41,455 nucleotides of DNA, from positions 1-41,455 of IMG/VR virus record IMGVR_UViG_3300048858_000134, one strand, 5' to 3'. Below the pieces are notes generated by a model that was given only the letters and a program-made list of their open reading frames with translations, was not told the DNA's origin and ran no database searches. The number at the start of each line of letters is the position of its first letter. The stretch's first letter is position 1. The position numbers and the translations under genes were made by a program. This stretch comes from a virus (taxonomy: Duplodnaviria; Caudoviricetes). This document shows positions 26,997-35,738 of this stretch, piece after piece.

Positions 26997-27658
26997 GCCT
27001 CCCTGAGTTCGTCGGCCAACTCGGTGACGGAGTCGATGCCTAACCGGAGTGCTTTCTTCCGCAGTTCGATGCGGGCGTTGACGAGCCGCTTGCACTCTCG
27101 ACATTGGCGGCGGTCCGGATGCTGCGGCATGCGGTAGGTGTTCTCGTCGTCGAATGGGTGGCCGCGTTTGCAGTGCGTTTGGAGCGCTTGTCGGTTCCCG
27201 CCGTGCTTGACGTTGTCGTACATGTTGTCGGAATGAGTGCCCCAGCGCAGGTTGCTCACGTGGTTGTTGCCGCGGGACCCGTCACTGTGACATACGACAT
27301 CACACCCGGGAACGGCCGGCAAGAACGCTTCCGCTACCAGCCTGTGGAGAGGGCGAGTACGCCCCTGGTTGTCGATCCACAGGATGACCTTCAGATATCC
27401 CGTGGTCGGATCGAGGACCGGGGTCAGAGTCCTGCCCTTGTACGAGCGCGTGCGCCCGTCGCGACACAACTTCTTGCGGGTCAGCGAACGAACATCGCCG
27501 TTCTCGCTGACCTCGTAGCTTCCCTCGTATCCGGGAACTGGTCGCCATTCGATAGACTGCACGGCAGCCCTCCTCTTGCTCACATCAAGTGGTTGGGTTA
27601 GGCCCGCCGCGTGCTCCAACACGTCGCGGGCCGTCTCTATTCTAGCCGGTTTTGACAT
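26993..27658 (-). CDS. NUMOD4-HNH homing endonuclease
   Basis: EWRPVPGYEGSYEVS, HRLVAEAF, CHSDGSRGNNHVSNL, THCKRGH. Confidence 0.9.
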   Translation of the reverse strand: MSKPARIETARDVLEHAAGLTQPLDVSKRRAAVQSIEWRPVPGYEGSYEVSENGDVRSLTRKKLCRDGRTRSYKGRTLTPVLDPTTGYLKVILWIDNQGRTRPLHRLVAEAFLPAVPGCDVVCHSDGSRGNNHVSNLRWGTHSDNMYDNVKHGGNRQALQTHCKRGHPFDDENTYRMPQHPDRRQCRECKRLVNARIELRKKALRLGIDSVTELADELREA

Positions 27659-28277
27659 CGTTCACCTCATCTGCTAGCTCGGTGACAGCCTCCGCACCGA
27701 TCCATGCCGTGCTGCACGCGTGACACAACGCCCGCACGTCTCTGACCCGTTCGTCATCGTCCATCCAGTACTCGACGCGTAGGGGGAAGGTGCCGCCGAG
27801 ATGCTCCCCGTCGACTAACACAGACCACTCACGCCGGCCGCATACGGGGCATGCGATTCCCAACGGGACGACCTTGCTTGCGCGGAGTTGTGCCCGAGCC
27901 TTCCCAACCCATTGGCTCAACATCCGGTGGTGGTAGTCCTCGTCGATTTGTCTGGACAGTGATGCGGCGTACCAGGCGCGCAGGTCCTCAACCGGGTGAT
28001 GTGTTGCGCGCACGCCGACGAGGTGGCACCAGTCGCCGATGGCGGTGGACATTTTCGCGTACTCGTACAACGCGTCCAGGTCCGCGGGTGAACGTGTCGA
28101 CTTCAACCCGCCACCACCGCCGTTGCGTTCACCGGACGGCCACACCGCATCACCCAACTGCTTCAACAACGGGTCGTGCGACACCCAGCGTGTCACCCAC
28201 TCGTTGTTGACCTTCTGCGCGACCTTCTCCGGTTGCGGGAGGGTGAGCGCATCAACGAGATCCAGGATTTCAAGCAT
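27642..28277 (-). CDS. Conserved-type phage protein with Zn ribbon, candidate late transcription regulator
   Basis: DPLLKQL..RSPADLDAL, CPVC and CHAC; near the end of the early operon. Confidence 0.55.
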   Translation of the reverse strand: MLEILDLVDALTLPQPEKVAQKVNNEWVTRWVSHDPLLKQLGDAVWPSGERNGGGGGLKSTRSPADLDALYEYAKMSTAIGDWCHLVGVRATHHPVEDLRAWYAASLSRQIDEDYHHRMLSQWVGKARAQLRASKVVPLGIACPVCGRREWSVLVDGEHLGGTFPLRVEYWMDDDERVRDVRALCHACSTAWIGAEAVTELADEVNDVKTG

Positions 28278-28569
28278 CGGACGCCTCCTTAGGCCAGAGC
28301 TTCTTCATCCGCTTCTCGCGCTGGTTCGTGATGGCGATGTTCACGACCAACAGGATGACCATGTACAGGACGAACGAGTGCACGTATTCGGCGTCGTCAC
28401 CGAACCACATCCGGCACAATTGCCGAACGCCCGCGTTGACAAGAGCGAAGACAAACGCGGCGATGAACTGCAACAGGAGCGTGCGAACGAAATACCACCG
28501 CTTCTCGCGAGCCTCACGCTTCCTCGCTTCGATTCTCTCAATCACGGCCACAACGATTCCGTCAGTCAT
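28270..28569 (-). CDS. Membrane protein (2 TM)
   Basis: Two hydrophobic segments; GGAGGGG RBS. Confidence 0.65.
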   Translation of the reverse strand: MTDGIVVAVIERIEARKREAREKRWYFVRTLLLQFIAAFVFALVNAGVRQLCRMWFGDDAEYVHSFVLYMVILLVVNIAITNQREKRMKKLWPKEASDA

Positions 28570-28918
28570 GGGTTTCCCCCTCCGAAACGGGCACAAGGCG
28601 CGTGAGGTTCCCCAGCCGCCGCACCCATTGCTCCTCGAGGTAGTTCGAGTCAGAGTTGTCGACCCAGGTGCCGGGTGGAGAATTCAGGAGCTGAATCACG
28701 ATCTTCCCGCTGGGTGAACGGTCATAATCGCCGACGTAGAACCCGGGCACATTCGGCAGCGGTTTGGGCTTGCGTGAAAGCTTGATAGTGCTCTCGACAA
28801 CGGATGTGCGGCTGCCGTCCATGAGTTCGATCACGTAGGTGGGTTGGTCGCTGTACGCAATGACCCACCCTGCTGGACCGTAGGACGTTTCGACGTAGTC
28901 GTGAATGTCAAACTTCAT
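28562..28918 (-). CDS. Hypothetical protein
   Basis: AAGGAG RBS before ATG at 28918. Confidence 0.65.
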   Translation of the reverse strand: MKFDIHDYVETSYGPAGWVIAYSDQPTYVIELMDGSRTSVVESTIKLSRKPKPLPNVPGFYVGDYDRSPSGKIVIQLLNSPPGTWVDNSDSNYLEEQWVRRLGNLTRLVPVSEGETHD

Positions 28919-29049
28919 CGGTTCTCTCCTTGTGGCAGTGGCACGCGAGTCGATGCCATGACGGGTACGAGTCACGCACCACCGAGTGCCCATACGGGCT
29001 CTTGCAACATGACGGTTTGCAGCCCGCTGGGATGTCCCGGGTAGCAGAA

Positions 29050-29076
29050 GGGGCCGGCCCCGAAAGGGCCGACCCC
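29050..29076. terminator. GC-rich hairpin after ssb
   Basis: GGGGCCGGCCC-CGAAA-GGGCCGACCCC. Confidence 0.55.
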
Positions 29077-29110
29077 GTAACAAGCGAATGACCGCTAAAC
29101 AACCCGGACA

Positions 29111-29452
29111 TCAGAACGGCGTCTCGTCGTTGTACGGCGCGGCAGACCACGATTCAGCCGCCGCAGGCTGCGACTGACGCTGCTCGCTGCCCTTCACCTT
29201 CGCCTTGTTGATGGACCGTTTCACCGAGTGACGGATGTTGTTCTCGCGGTCCGTCCACTCATCGACCTCGTCGCCGTGGATGCCCGACACCTCGACGATC
29301 TGACCTTCGGTGAGACCGTGCTCGGACTCGAACCAGGCGGTGAACCGCTTCTTGATTTCCTTGTCCTTGACGGTGAACTTCTCGGTGATCTCTGCGCCCT
29401 TGCCGTTGTAGAACGTGCGGGTGACTTCACCTGTGACTGTTACGAATGCCAT
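29111..29452 (-). CDS. ssb: Single-stranded DNA-binding protein
   Basis: VTVTGEV start, LTEGQIVEVSG OB-fold pattern, acidic DETPF tail. Confidence 0.8.
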   Translation of the reverse strand: MAFVTVTGEVTRTFYNGKGAEITEKFTVKDKEIKKRFTAWFESEHGLTEGQIVEVSGIHGDEVDEWTDRENNIRHSVKRSINKAKVKGSEQRQSQPAAAESWSAAPYNDETPF

Positions 29453-29604
29453 TACGCGGCTCTCCTGTTCTCGCGGTATGACCGCATGTAGTTGTTGTTC
29501 GCCTGTCGGCACCGCTCACAGCGGCACTTGTGGCGGTCGTACGTTGCTTTGGACCCGTGCGCCGGGTCGTTGAGGTTGCGACGGATCAGTTCGCTGAACG
29601 TCAT
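29452..29604 (-). CDS. Small Zn-binding protein
   Basis: HG....Y...CRCERCR.AN motif; coupled to dnaB and ssb. Confidence 0.7.
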   Translation of the reverse strand: MTFSELIRRNLNDPAHGSKATYDRHKCRCERCRQANNNYMRSYRENRRAA

Positions 29605-30827
29605 CCGCGGTCCACCGCCCTCGAGAATTGACCCTGCCAATCGAGTTCCACCTCTCCTGTTTCTCCGTGCCTGTTCTTCGCGACGTCGATGATCAACGAC
29701 TCGTTCGGTTGGTACCCCTCACGGCGGAGGAGCATGACAACGTCGGCGTCCTGTTCGATGCCGCCCGACTCGCGCAGGTCCGACAGCTTCGGGACGGCGA
29801 TCGTTGACGCCTCCGAGTTGCGGTTCAGCTGCGACAGGGCGATCACCGGGACTTGCATGTCCTTTGCGAGGATCTTCAACTGCCGGGAGAACTCCGCGAC
29901 CTGCAAATGCCGGTCCTGTTTCGTTTTCGACGTCATCAACTGCATGTAGTCGACGACGACGCCGGCGAGTTTCCCCTCACGGGACACCGACCGGGCGAAC
30001 GTGCGCACATCACCCGGGGCAACCCCGGAGCGGTCATCGATTGCGATGTTCAACTGGTCGAGTTTCGCTCGACCCCGGTTGAGGAGATCCCAGTCGTGTT
30101 GCGTCATCCGGGCGTCCTTGATGTGCCCCACCGAGATGGCTAGCCGTTCCGAAACCAACCGGGCGACCAACTCCGTCTCTGTCATCTCGAGGGACGAGAA
30201 CGCAACAACACCCTCCTCCGCGAGACACGCGGCGATCTGAGCGGCGATAACGGTCTTACCCACGCCGGGCCTAGCCGCGACCACGTAGACAGCTCCTGGG
30301 CGGAACCCGCCAATTGCAGCGTTCAACGTCGGCCACGGTGAGGGGACGAACACGTCCTTCGATTCCATGCCCGCGAGGACGTCGGGGAGGATGTCGCGGA
30401 CGAAACGAACGCGGCTCGTCGTCATCGCCACGGCCCCATCGACCAGGGCGCGGGCATGATCGGTCATTTCCGCGATCGACAACCCCGGTTCGATGCCAGC
30501 CAGACCAGCACCGACCGCCGAGAGGCGACGACGCATGGAATGCGTTGCGATGATCTCCGCGTGATAGTTCACGGCCGAAGCGAACGGTGCATGCGCGAGA
30601 AGCTCCGTGATGAACGCAACCTTCTTCGGGTACGCGTCAGACAACGTGATGAGGTCCAACGGTCGACCCTCAGCACGCATCTTCCGCATGCCCTCGAACA
30701 ATTCACCGCGCGCCGGCTCCGTGAAGTCCTCACCGGTCAACGTGAGCTCGTCGAGACAGTCACCCTGCGTGGCGAGAGCAGCGCCGAGAACCGCAAGCTC
30801 CGCGTCCCCTAAACCCTCAGTCAGCAT
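29601..30827 (-). CDS. dnaB: DnaB-like replicative helicase
   Basis: AARPGVGKT, SLEM, VDYMQL, LSQLNR, LRESGGIEQDAD, AKNRHG. Confidence 0.95.
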   Translation of the reverse strand: MLTEGLGDAELAVLGAALATQGDCLDELTLTGEDFTEPARGELFEGMRKMRAEGRPLDLITLSDAYPKKVAFITELLAHAPFASAVNYHAEIIATHSMRRRLSAVGAGLAGIEPGLSIAEMTDHARALVDGAVAMTTSRVRFVRDILPDVLAGMESKDVFVPSPWPTLNAAIGGFRPGAVYVVAARPGVGKTVIAAQIAACLAEEGVVAFSSLEMTETELVARLVSERLAISVGHIKDARMTQHDWDLLNRGRAKLDQLNIAIDDRSGVAPGDVRTFARSVSREGKLAGVVVDYMQLMTSKTKQDRHLQVAEFSRQLKILAKDMQVPVIALSQLNRNSEASTIAVPKLSDLRESGGIEQDADVVMLLRREGYQPNESLIIDVAKNRHGETGEVELDWQGQFSRAVDRG

Positions 30828-31515
30828 GAGCCGCGAACCTTTTCTTCGGAGACTGAGCAGCGGACGGGTTATCTCTGACCGCCCACTGTTCCTGCTTTCG
30901 CATGCCGTTACGCCACGCGGCGACCCAGTCGAGCTTCACGCCCTTCTCGCCAGGAACACCAGCCCAGTAGTCGATGAACTCCGGGAGTTTCACGTCGATG
31001 TCGATGTGCGGCGTGTTCGTCCTCGCCCACTCGCGCATATCGTCGGTGATGGCGAAGGAAGAGTGAATGCGGGTGCCGCGTTTAGCGGCCTCACTCTTCT
31101 TCGTAGAAGAAGATGTCTCTGTCTCTGTCTCTGTTGTTAGCTTGGGAGATGGTTGAGCATCTGTTGAAGCACGTGCTTGAGCAGATGCTTTACCACCCAT
31201 CGACCCGGCGGTGCGCTTCTTCTCGATGTCCGCGCGGGTTTGCTGATGTTCGGCGTAATCGTGGATCTGATAACCGCCGTCGACCTCCGCTAGTGACGGT
31301 TTGGTAACGTCGTTCGCCAAGAGTTCGGAGATCGACTTCGCTCTCCACTTCTTCGACGCAATACGCCGATCCACGAACCCATCCGAAAGCATCCGACGCG
31401 AGTACAGAGTCATCTCGACGAGGGTCCGGAAGGCCGAGTCAGACAACGGCGCGATCTTCGGAGAGTCCGCGAAGTCGAGAGTGAATCTCCCATACAGCCG
31501 GTCATCCTTCGTCAA
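30817..31515 (-). CDS. Replication initiator protein
   Basis: SPKIAPLSDSAFR..YQIHDYAEHQ N-domain, low-complexity linker, FIDYW..DWVAAWRN C-domain; upstream of dnaB; start approximate. Confidence 0.75.
   Translation of the reverse strand: MTKDDRLYGRFTLDFADSPKIAPLSDSAFRTLVEMTLYSRRMLSDGFVDRRIASKKWRAKSISELLANDVTKPSLAEVDGGYQIHDYAEHQQTRADIEKKRTAGSMGGKASAQARASTDAQPSPKLTTETETETSSSTKKSEAAKRGTRIHSSFAITDDMREWARTNTPHIDIDVKLPEFIDYWAGVPGEKGVKLDWVAAWRNGMRKQEQWAVRDNPSAAQSPKKRFAAHAD
31156..31189. other. Candidate replication origin palindrome
   Basis: AGCATCTG-TTG-AAGCACGTGCTT-GAG-CAGATGCT within the initiator linker. Confidence 0.45.
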
Positions 31516-31714
31516 CCACAACACCTCCCAGAAGGTGCTCAACCGAGGCTGACGAGAGGCCAGAGGCTGCAACGATCTCGTCATCCGTCAGACCGTACTC
31601 ACGGCCGAGCCCGACGAAGTAACAGGCCTTCTCCTCGATGCTGCGGCGGAAGATGACGAGGTGCTGTCTGGCTGCCTCCTTACGTGTGGAGGCGCGTTCG
31701 TTCGTAGACTGCAT
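31502..31714 (-). CDS. Small HTH-like protein
   Basis: GLTDDEIVAASGLSSASVEHLL; GAAAGG RBS. Confidence 0.6.
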   Translation of the reverse strand: MQSTNERASTRKEAARQHLVIFRRSIEEKACYFVGLGREYGLTDDEIVAASGLSSASVEHLLGGVVVDEG

Positions 31715-31831
31715 GACAGTCCCTTTCTGTGAATGGCTTCGCGATGGCGGACTAGAGACGGCCTCTGTGTTGGCGCACGGGGCCGTCTCGTTGCATCCTC
31801 CCGCCGGACGCGACGCATAGCAAAGCTGACC

Positions 31832-31840
31832 TGTGGACAA
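31832..31840 (-). promoter_or_regulatory. DnaA-box-like 9-mer
   Basis: TTGTCCACA in intergenic DNA upstream of the replication genes. Confidence 0.4.
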
Positions 31841-31853
31841 GTCGGTGGGTAAC

Positions 31854-32186
31854 TCAGAAGGGCACGTGACCTGACGCGTCGTGTACTCCGCCGGCGTCGT
31901 CCAACCACACCAACCCATGGACCGACAGAAACGGGATGACCACCGGGTTGCCCCACGAGTTCACCGCCCAACCAGCAGGCGGATCATCGGAATGAGCGCG
32001 GCCATGGCAGCCGGTGTGGTTCCCCCACCCGCACAACGCGACAATGTTCGAGGCGGCGTGTTTCCCACCACGGGAACGGAACTTCCGGTGGTGCAACTCG
32101 AGGGGCCCGTTAGCCCCGCACCCTTCGCAGGTGTTGCCGGATCGGTCGCGGATGGTGTTGCGGACTCTCGCGGGGATCGCGGTCAT
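31854..32186 (-). CDS. HNH endonuclease
   Basis: CEGCG..LHHRKFRSRGG...NIVALCG..GCH. Confidence 0.85.
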   Translation of the reverse strand: MTAIPARVRNTIRDRSGNTCEGCGANGPLELHHRKFRSRGGKHAASNIVALCGWGNHTGCHGRAHSDDPPAGWAVNSWGNPVVIPFLSVHGLVWLDDAGGVHDASGHVPF

Positions 32187-32419
32187 GCTGCGAGTCCTTT
32201 CATGCGGCGTCTCTGCTGCCCGGTGAGTCCTCCGCGCAGGCCGTGTTGTTCGGGTTCTTCCAACGCGTCCGCGAGGCATTGGGCGCGGACGGGGCACACG
32301 GATTTGCAGATGGTGCGTGCCATCTCGTTCTCGTCCGTGAATTGGCCTCGGAGCGGGAACCACATGTCCGTGAACTGTTCAAGACACGCCGCATCATCAC
32401 GCCACGAATGGTCGGTCAT
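32183..32419 (-). CDS. whiB: WhiB-family transcription factor
   Basis: WRDDAAC..WFP..C...CPV..QC..GLRGG, four Cys. Confidence 0.9.
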   Translation of the reverse strand: MTDHSWRDDAACLEQFTDMWFPLRGQFTDENEMARTICKSVCPVRAQCLADALEEPEQHGLRGGLTGQQRRRMKGLAA

Positions 32420-33072
32420 GCGGGCACCTCCTGCAGTTGATTGATGAGTTGGCGTCCGACGTGTTCGGTGTACGCGGGTGGGATGGCTTCGCTCAGTTCC
32501 CGGAGCGTCGTCCAGTCGATACCCATCGCTTGCTGCTGCACCTCAAGAGGGATCCGCCAAACGCCGACTTCGACGGTTCGGCGGAGGTTCGTCCGGTTCG
32601 TGGCCGGCGCGAATCGCGGCGTCTGCCAGGAGTGATCACAGGGAGGCGTCAGGAGCGGCCAGTTGGTTTCGAAAAGACGGTGACGGCGCACGTCTAGCCC
32701 AAAGCTCGAGCCGCAGAGCTGCACGGCATCGACGAGAGGCGCGCCGGGTACGTTCTCGATGATGTAGGGCAGGCCCGACTCAAGAACGAGCTCGCGGGTT
32801 TCGGGGATCAGATCGACGTAACTGTCTCCAACGCCGTGCCCCTTCCGCCGGTAGGCGGTGAAGCTCTGGCAGGGCGGTGATGCGTGGATAGCATCGAATT
32901 CGTGCCCGTGCTGCGCGAGGTACTGCAGCGCGTCGGCCTGATGAAACTCGAACGGATACCGGGGTTGTGCGTCGATGTCGATTCCGACGACGTCGAACCC
33001 TGCCCTGTTGTATCCCATCGCTGTACCGCCGGGGCACGAGAACAGGTCGAGTAGGCGGGGTCTCCTGGTCAT
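32416..33072 (-). CDS. DNA (cytosine-5) methyltransferase, short form
   Basis: DLFSCPGG, SPPCQ, ENV, RHRLF motifs. Confidence 0.85.
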   Translation of the reverse strand: MTRRPRLLDLFSCPGGTAMGYNRAGFDVVGIDIDAQPRYPFEFHQADALQYLAQHGHEFDAIHASPPCQSFTAYRRKGHGVGDSYVDLIPETRELVLESGLPYIIENVPGAPLVDAVQLCGSSFGLDVRRHRLFETNWPLLTPPCDHSWQTPRFAPATNRTNLRRTVEVGVWRIPLEVQQQAMGIDWTTLRELSEAIPPAYTEHVGRQLINQLQEVPA

Positions 33073-33455
33073 GTTGGTTCCTCCTCTCCGAGGGTCCAGA
33101 TTTCGATTTCGGTTCTCGGGTTGTCCGGGTCCACGGCCATGTCGGCGCGGATGCTCTTGATCTGTCTGTCGTCGACCCATGCGATGCCGTTGAGTGCGTC
33201 GGTGGTCAACTTGAGGCAGTTGTCGAGGTCGGCGGTGACGTTGTTGCGGCGGTAGTAGCGGGCCACGAACTTGAGAAACCCGGTCAAGGGCTCCGTCACC
33301 GCATGGGTGGCACCGGCTTGTTCGGTGAACGACAAAGCCACCCGGGCTTCCGCGTCTCGGGTGGCTTTGCTGGTGTATCCGTGGCCCCCGCCGAACCGGG
33401 GCCGCTGCTTCGGTAGGGGCTGGCCGGGGATGGTGAATGCGGCCACGAGCGTCAT
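33069..33455 (-). CDS. rusA: RusA-like Holliday junction resolvase
   Basis: PKQRPR, DLDNCLK..DALNGIAWVDDRQI. Confidence 0.9.
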   Translation of the reverse strand: MTLVAAFTIPGQPLPKQRPRFGGGHGYTSKATRDAEARVALSFTEQAGATHAVTEPLTGFLKFVARYYRRNNVTADLDNCLKLTTDALNGIAWVDDRQIKSIRADMAVDPDNPRTEIEIWTLGEEEPT

Positions 33456-33961
33456 GCGGATACCTCGTTCCATCCCGTGACGAATGAACCGGCTATCCCG
33501 GACTGCCAGAGCCGGGCAGCATCGTCAGCCCCGTAGGCGACGAGGCAGGAAGGGGCACCCGAGTTCGCGGCCGCTCGAGTGCCGTCCGCGTGGTGGAAGT
33601 GCAGCCTCCCGTGGAGGAAGAGAACGGCAGTAGCGCGTCCCCATACTTGCTGAACGAAGCCGGCCGTCTCTGTGCGCGCAAAGATCAGCGCCGTCCCGCG
33701 TCCGTGACTGGCGAGCTTGTCGAGCCACTTCCACGCTTCGAACGAGTAAGGCGGGTTCAGCCACACTCGCCCCAGCCACTCGGCGGCGAGACCATCCTCG
33801 GGCAGTTCGATGTGCCGGGTAGCGGTAGGCCACGGACGTGGTGAGGGAGCCGCACACGGATCAAGGTCGAAGGGACCAAGAGCGTCAGTGATCTCGCGGG
33901 GGGTAAGCCATGTCGTTGTCTGCGCTCGGGCGGACTGATGCCCGCCCATGGAACCGCTCAT
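33452..33961 (-). CDS. Phage DNA N6-adenine methyltransferase
   Basis: WLTP, FDLDPCA, WLNPPY, ARTET, GRLHF. Confidence 0.88.
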   Translation of the reverse strand: MSGSMGGHQSARAQTTTWLTPREITDALGPFDLDPCAAPSPRPWPTATRHIELPEDGLAAEWLGRVWLNPPYSFEAWKWLDKLASHGRGTALIFARTETAGFVQQVWGRATAVLFLHGRLHFHHADGTRAAANSGAPSCLVAYGADDAARLWQSGIAGSFVTGWNEVSA

Positions 33962-34518
33962 CCGCCGGCCTCGACCTTCTTGTATTCGCTGAGGATGACT
34001 TTGATGATCGACTCGGATGCGTTCGCGGCTCTTGCTGCTGTACCGAGCGCCATGATCGCGGCGATGTCACTGTTGGTGTCGGCGAGTTCTTTGAGCCAGT
34101 CGCGCCCGGACGTGTCCTTGGGCTTCTCCGGAGTTGCGAGAGGCTGGACGGTGAACTGGTGCCTCTTGCCCCGCGACACGGCCAGAGCGACCGTCAGGGG
34201 CTTCTCGAGGTGCGACATGTGCGAGATCTGAATCCCCCCGACGAGATCCTTCCCGAACCGAATATCCGGGTTGCGGAAGATCGTCATCTGTCGTCCCGTG
34301 TACGCGGATGAGTCCGGACCCCACGCGCTCACGATCAGTCGGCGCATGGATTTCGAGGGCCGGTAGGTGCGGCCGGGAAACTCTGCCAGGTGCACGAACA
34401 CAGGCTGCTCGGCGTTGCCAGCTTCTACACCGGTAATGGTGACGGTGCGGTCGCCGGCCAGTAGGTCTTCAGCGTTAACCTGTTGTGAGTTGGGTTCGAT
34501 CGATTGTGCGAGGTCCAT
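33958..34518 (-). CDS. Conserved-type phage protein, candidate recombination / annealing partner of the exonuclease
   Basis: QVNAEDL..RPSKSMRR..WG..GGIQISHMSH; downstream of the RecE-like gene. Confidence 0.55.
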   Translation of the reverse strand: MDLAQSIEPNSQQVNAEDLLAGDRTVTITGVEAGNAEQPVFVHLAEFPGRTYRPSKSMRRLIVSAWGPDSSAYTGRQMTIFRNPDIRFGKDLVGGIQISHMSHLEKPLTVALAVSRGKRHQFTVQPLATPEKPKDTSGRDWLKELADTNSDIAAIMALGTAARAANASESIIKVILSEYKKVEAGG

Positions 34519-34772
34519 CAGCGTTTCTCCCAGGGGTCGTAACGGTCGGCGGGGCCGTCGAGTGTCTTGACGTAAGTAGGGGACGAGCCGTACTGAGTCG
34601 GCGCATAGACGGCGATCTTGCCCACGGGGACGTCCGGGTCCGCGAAGAAGGAAGTCGTGAAGCTGTGTAGCTCCATGACCAGTCCTTGGCCCAGATCGGC
34701 TGCTGCGGCGGACGCTTCCGTTCGCTGTTGAACGTCGAAAGAAGCAGGCTTGATATGGAGGGGGGTTCTCAT
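34518..34772 (-). CDS. Hypothetical protein
   Basis: TGATG coupling at both ends. Confidence 0.55.
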   Translation of the reverse strand: MRTPLHIKPASFDVQQRTEASAAAADLGQGLVMELHSFTTSFFADPDVPVGKIAVYAPTQYGSSPTYVKTLDGPADRYDPWEKR

Positions 34773-35596
34773 CAGACTTGGATTTCCTCTCCGTCTTCGG
34801 ATTCGTATACAGCCCATGTGGGTGGTGTGAGTGTTGCGGTGCCGTATCCGGGCCACGCACCTGTTTCGGTGCATTGCCGGTATAGGTCGAGTGCGCGTTT
34901 GGTTTGTTCGCGGCCAATTTGTTCCCACATGAAGTCGAGGTCGTACACACCGACGAGGTACGGGGCGGTGGATTCGACGACCAGAAACCTGAAACTCTCG
35001 AGCTCGTTTCCGGTCACTGCGGCGTGACACATCGCGTACCACGCTTCTTGGATCGCATACCCGTAGCGTCCAACGGATGTGTTGAACCCCTTGGGTGACG
35101 CGTCACGTGCTGTCTTGAGATCGGCTGCGTCGGTGCCGTCGTAGATGTCGAACCGAGCCCGAACCGGTACGCCGTCAACGTCGGCGAACACGGACACTTC
35201 CCGTCCCGCCACGTTCTCGAGGATCTGTCTGGCTTCGGGGTGTGCGAGTACCGCTTCGGCCATCGCGTTGACACGTCGTGCGTCGTTGGGTGCGATGACG
35301 ACGACACCGGTTGCGCGTTGTTCTTCAGCCCACGCGATGGTTGCGGCTTTGGTGGATGCTGCACCGGATGGTGTGAGGTGTTCGGGCGGGTAGGTGATGA
35401 CGTCGGCTCCGGTGCCGAGGACTTTGGTGTGCACTGCGGTGCCGAGGTCGAAGGAGTCTTTGCGTGCTTGGGGGTGGTCGAGTGTGTACCGGTATTTCGC
35501 GGGCGACTCGAGCAGCTTCCGGGCCTGCGTAGATGACAATGCCGGGTGCTGGTGGTACTCAGCATCCGGCATGTTGTCAACGATGCGGCCCGTCAT
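34772..35596 (-). CDS. RecE-like PD-(D/E)XK exonuclease
   Basis: YHQHPALSST, GTAVH, EVS..RARFD..DLKT, YGYAIQEAWY, WPGY. Confidence 0.88.
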   Translation of the reverse strand: MTGRIVDNMPDAEYHQHPALSSTQARKLLESPAKYRYTLDHPQARKDSFDLGTAVHTKVLGTGADVITYPPEHLTPSGAASTKAATIAWAEEQRATGVVVIAPNDARRVNAMAEAVLAHPEARQILENVAGREVSVFADVDGVPVRARFDIYDGTDAADLKTARDASPKGFNTSVGRYGYAIQEAWYAMCHAAVTGNELESFRFLVVESTAPYLVGVYDLDFMWEQIGREQTKRALDLYRQCTETGAWPGYGTATLTPPTWAVYESEDGEEIQV

Positions 35597-35715
35597 GGGG
35601 TCACCTCAAAATCAACGGGTGTCGGGACACCGATGTGCACAACGGCGCATGTCGGTTTGTGCGTCGGGACAGGTGCGTCGCACGTCGGACAGAAGTCGTC
35701 GTAGAGGTCCATCAC
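35593..35715 (-). CDS. Small CxxC protein
   Basis: GGAGG RBS; FCPTC..HKPTC. Confidence 0.5.
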   Translation of the reverse strand: MMDLYDDFCPTCDAPVPTHKPTCAVVHIGVPTPVDFEVTP

Positions 35716-35738
35716 CGTGAACCTCCCGTTATGCGGTC
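35712..35738. repeat. 27-bp gene-boundary repeat, copy 2
   Basis: Matches 26656-26682. Confidence 0.8.
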
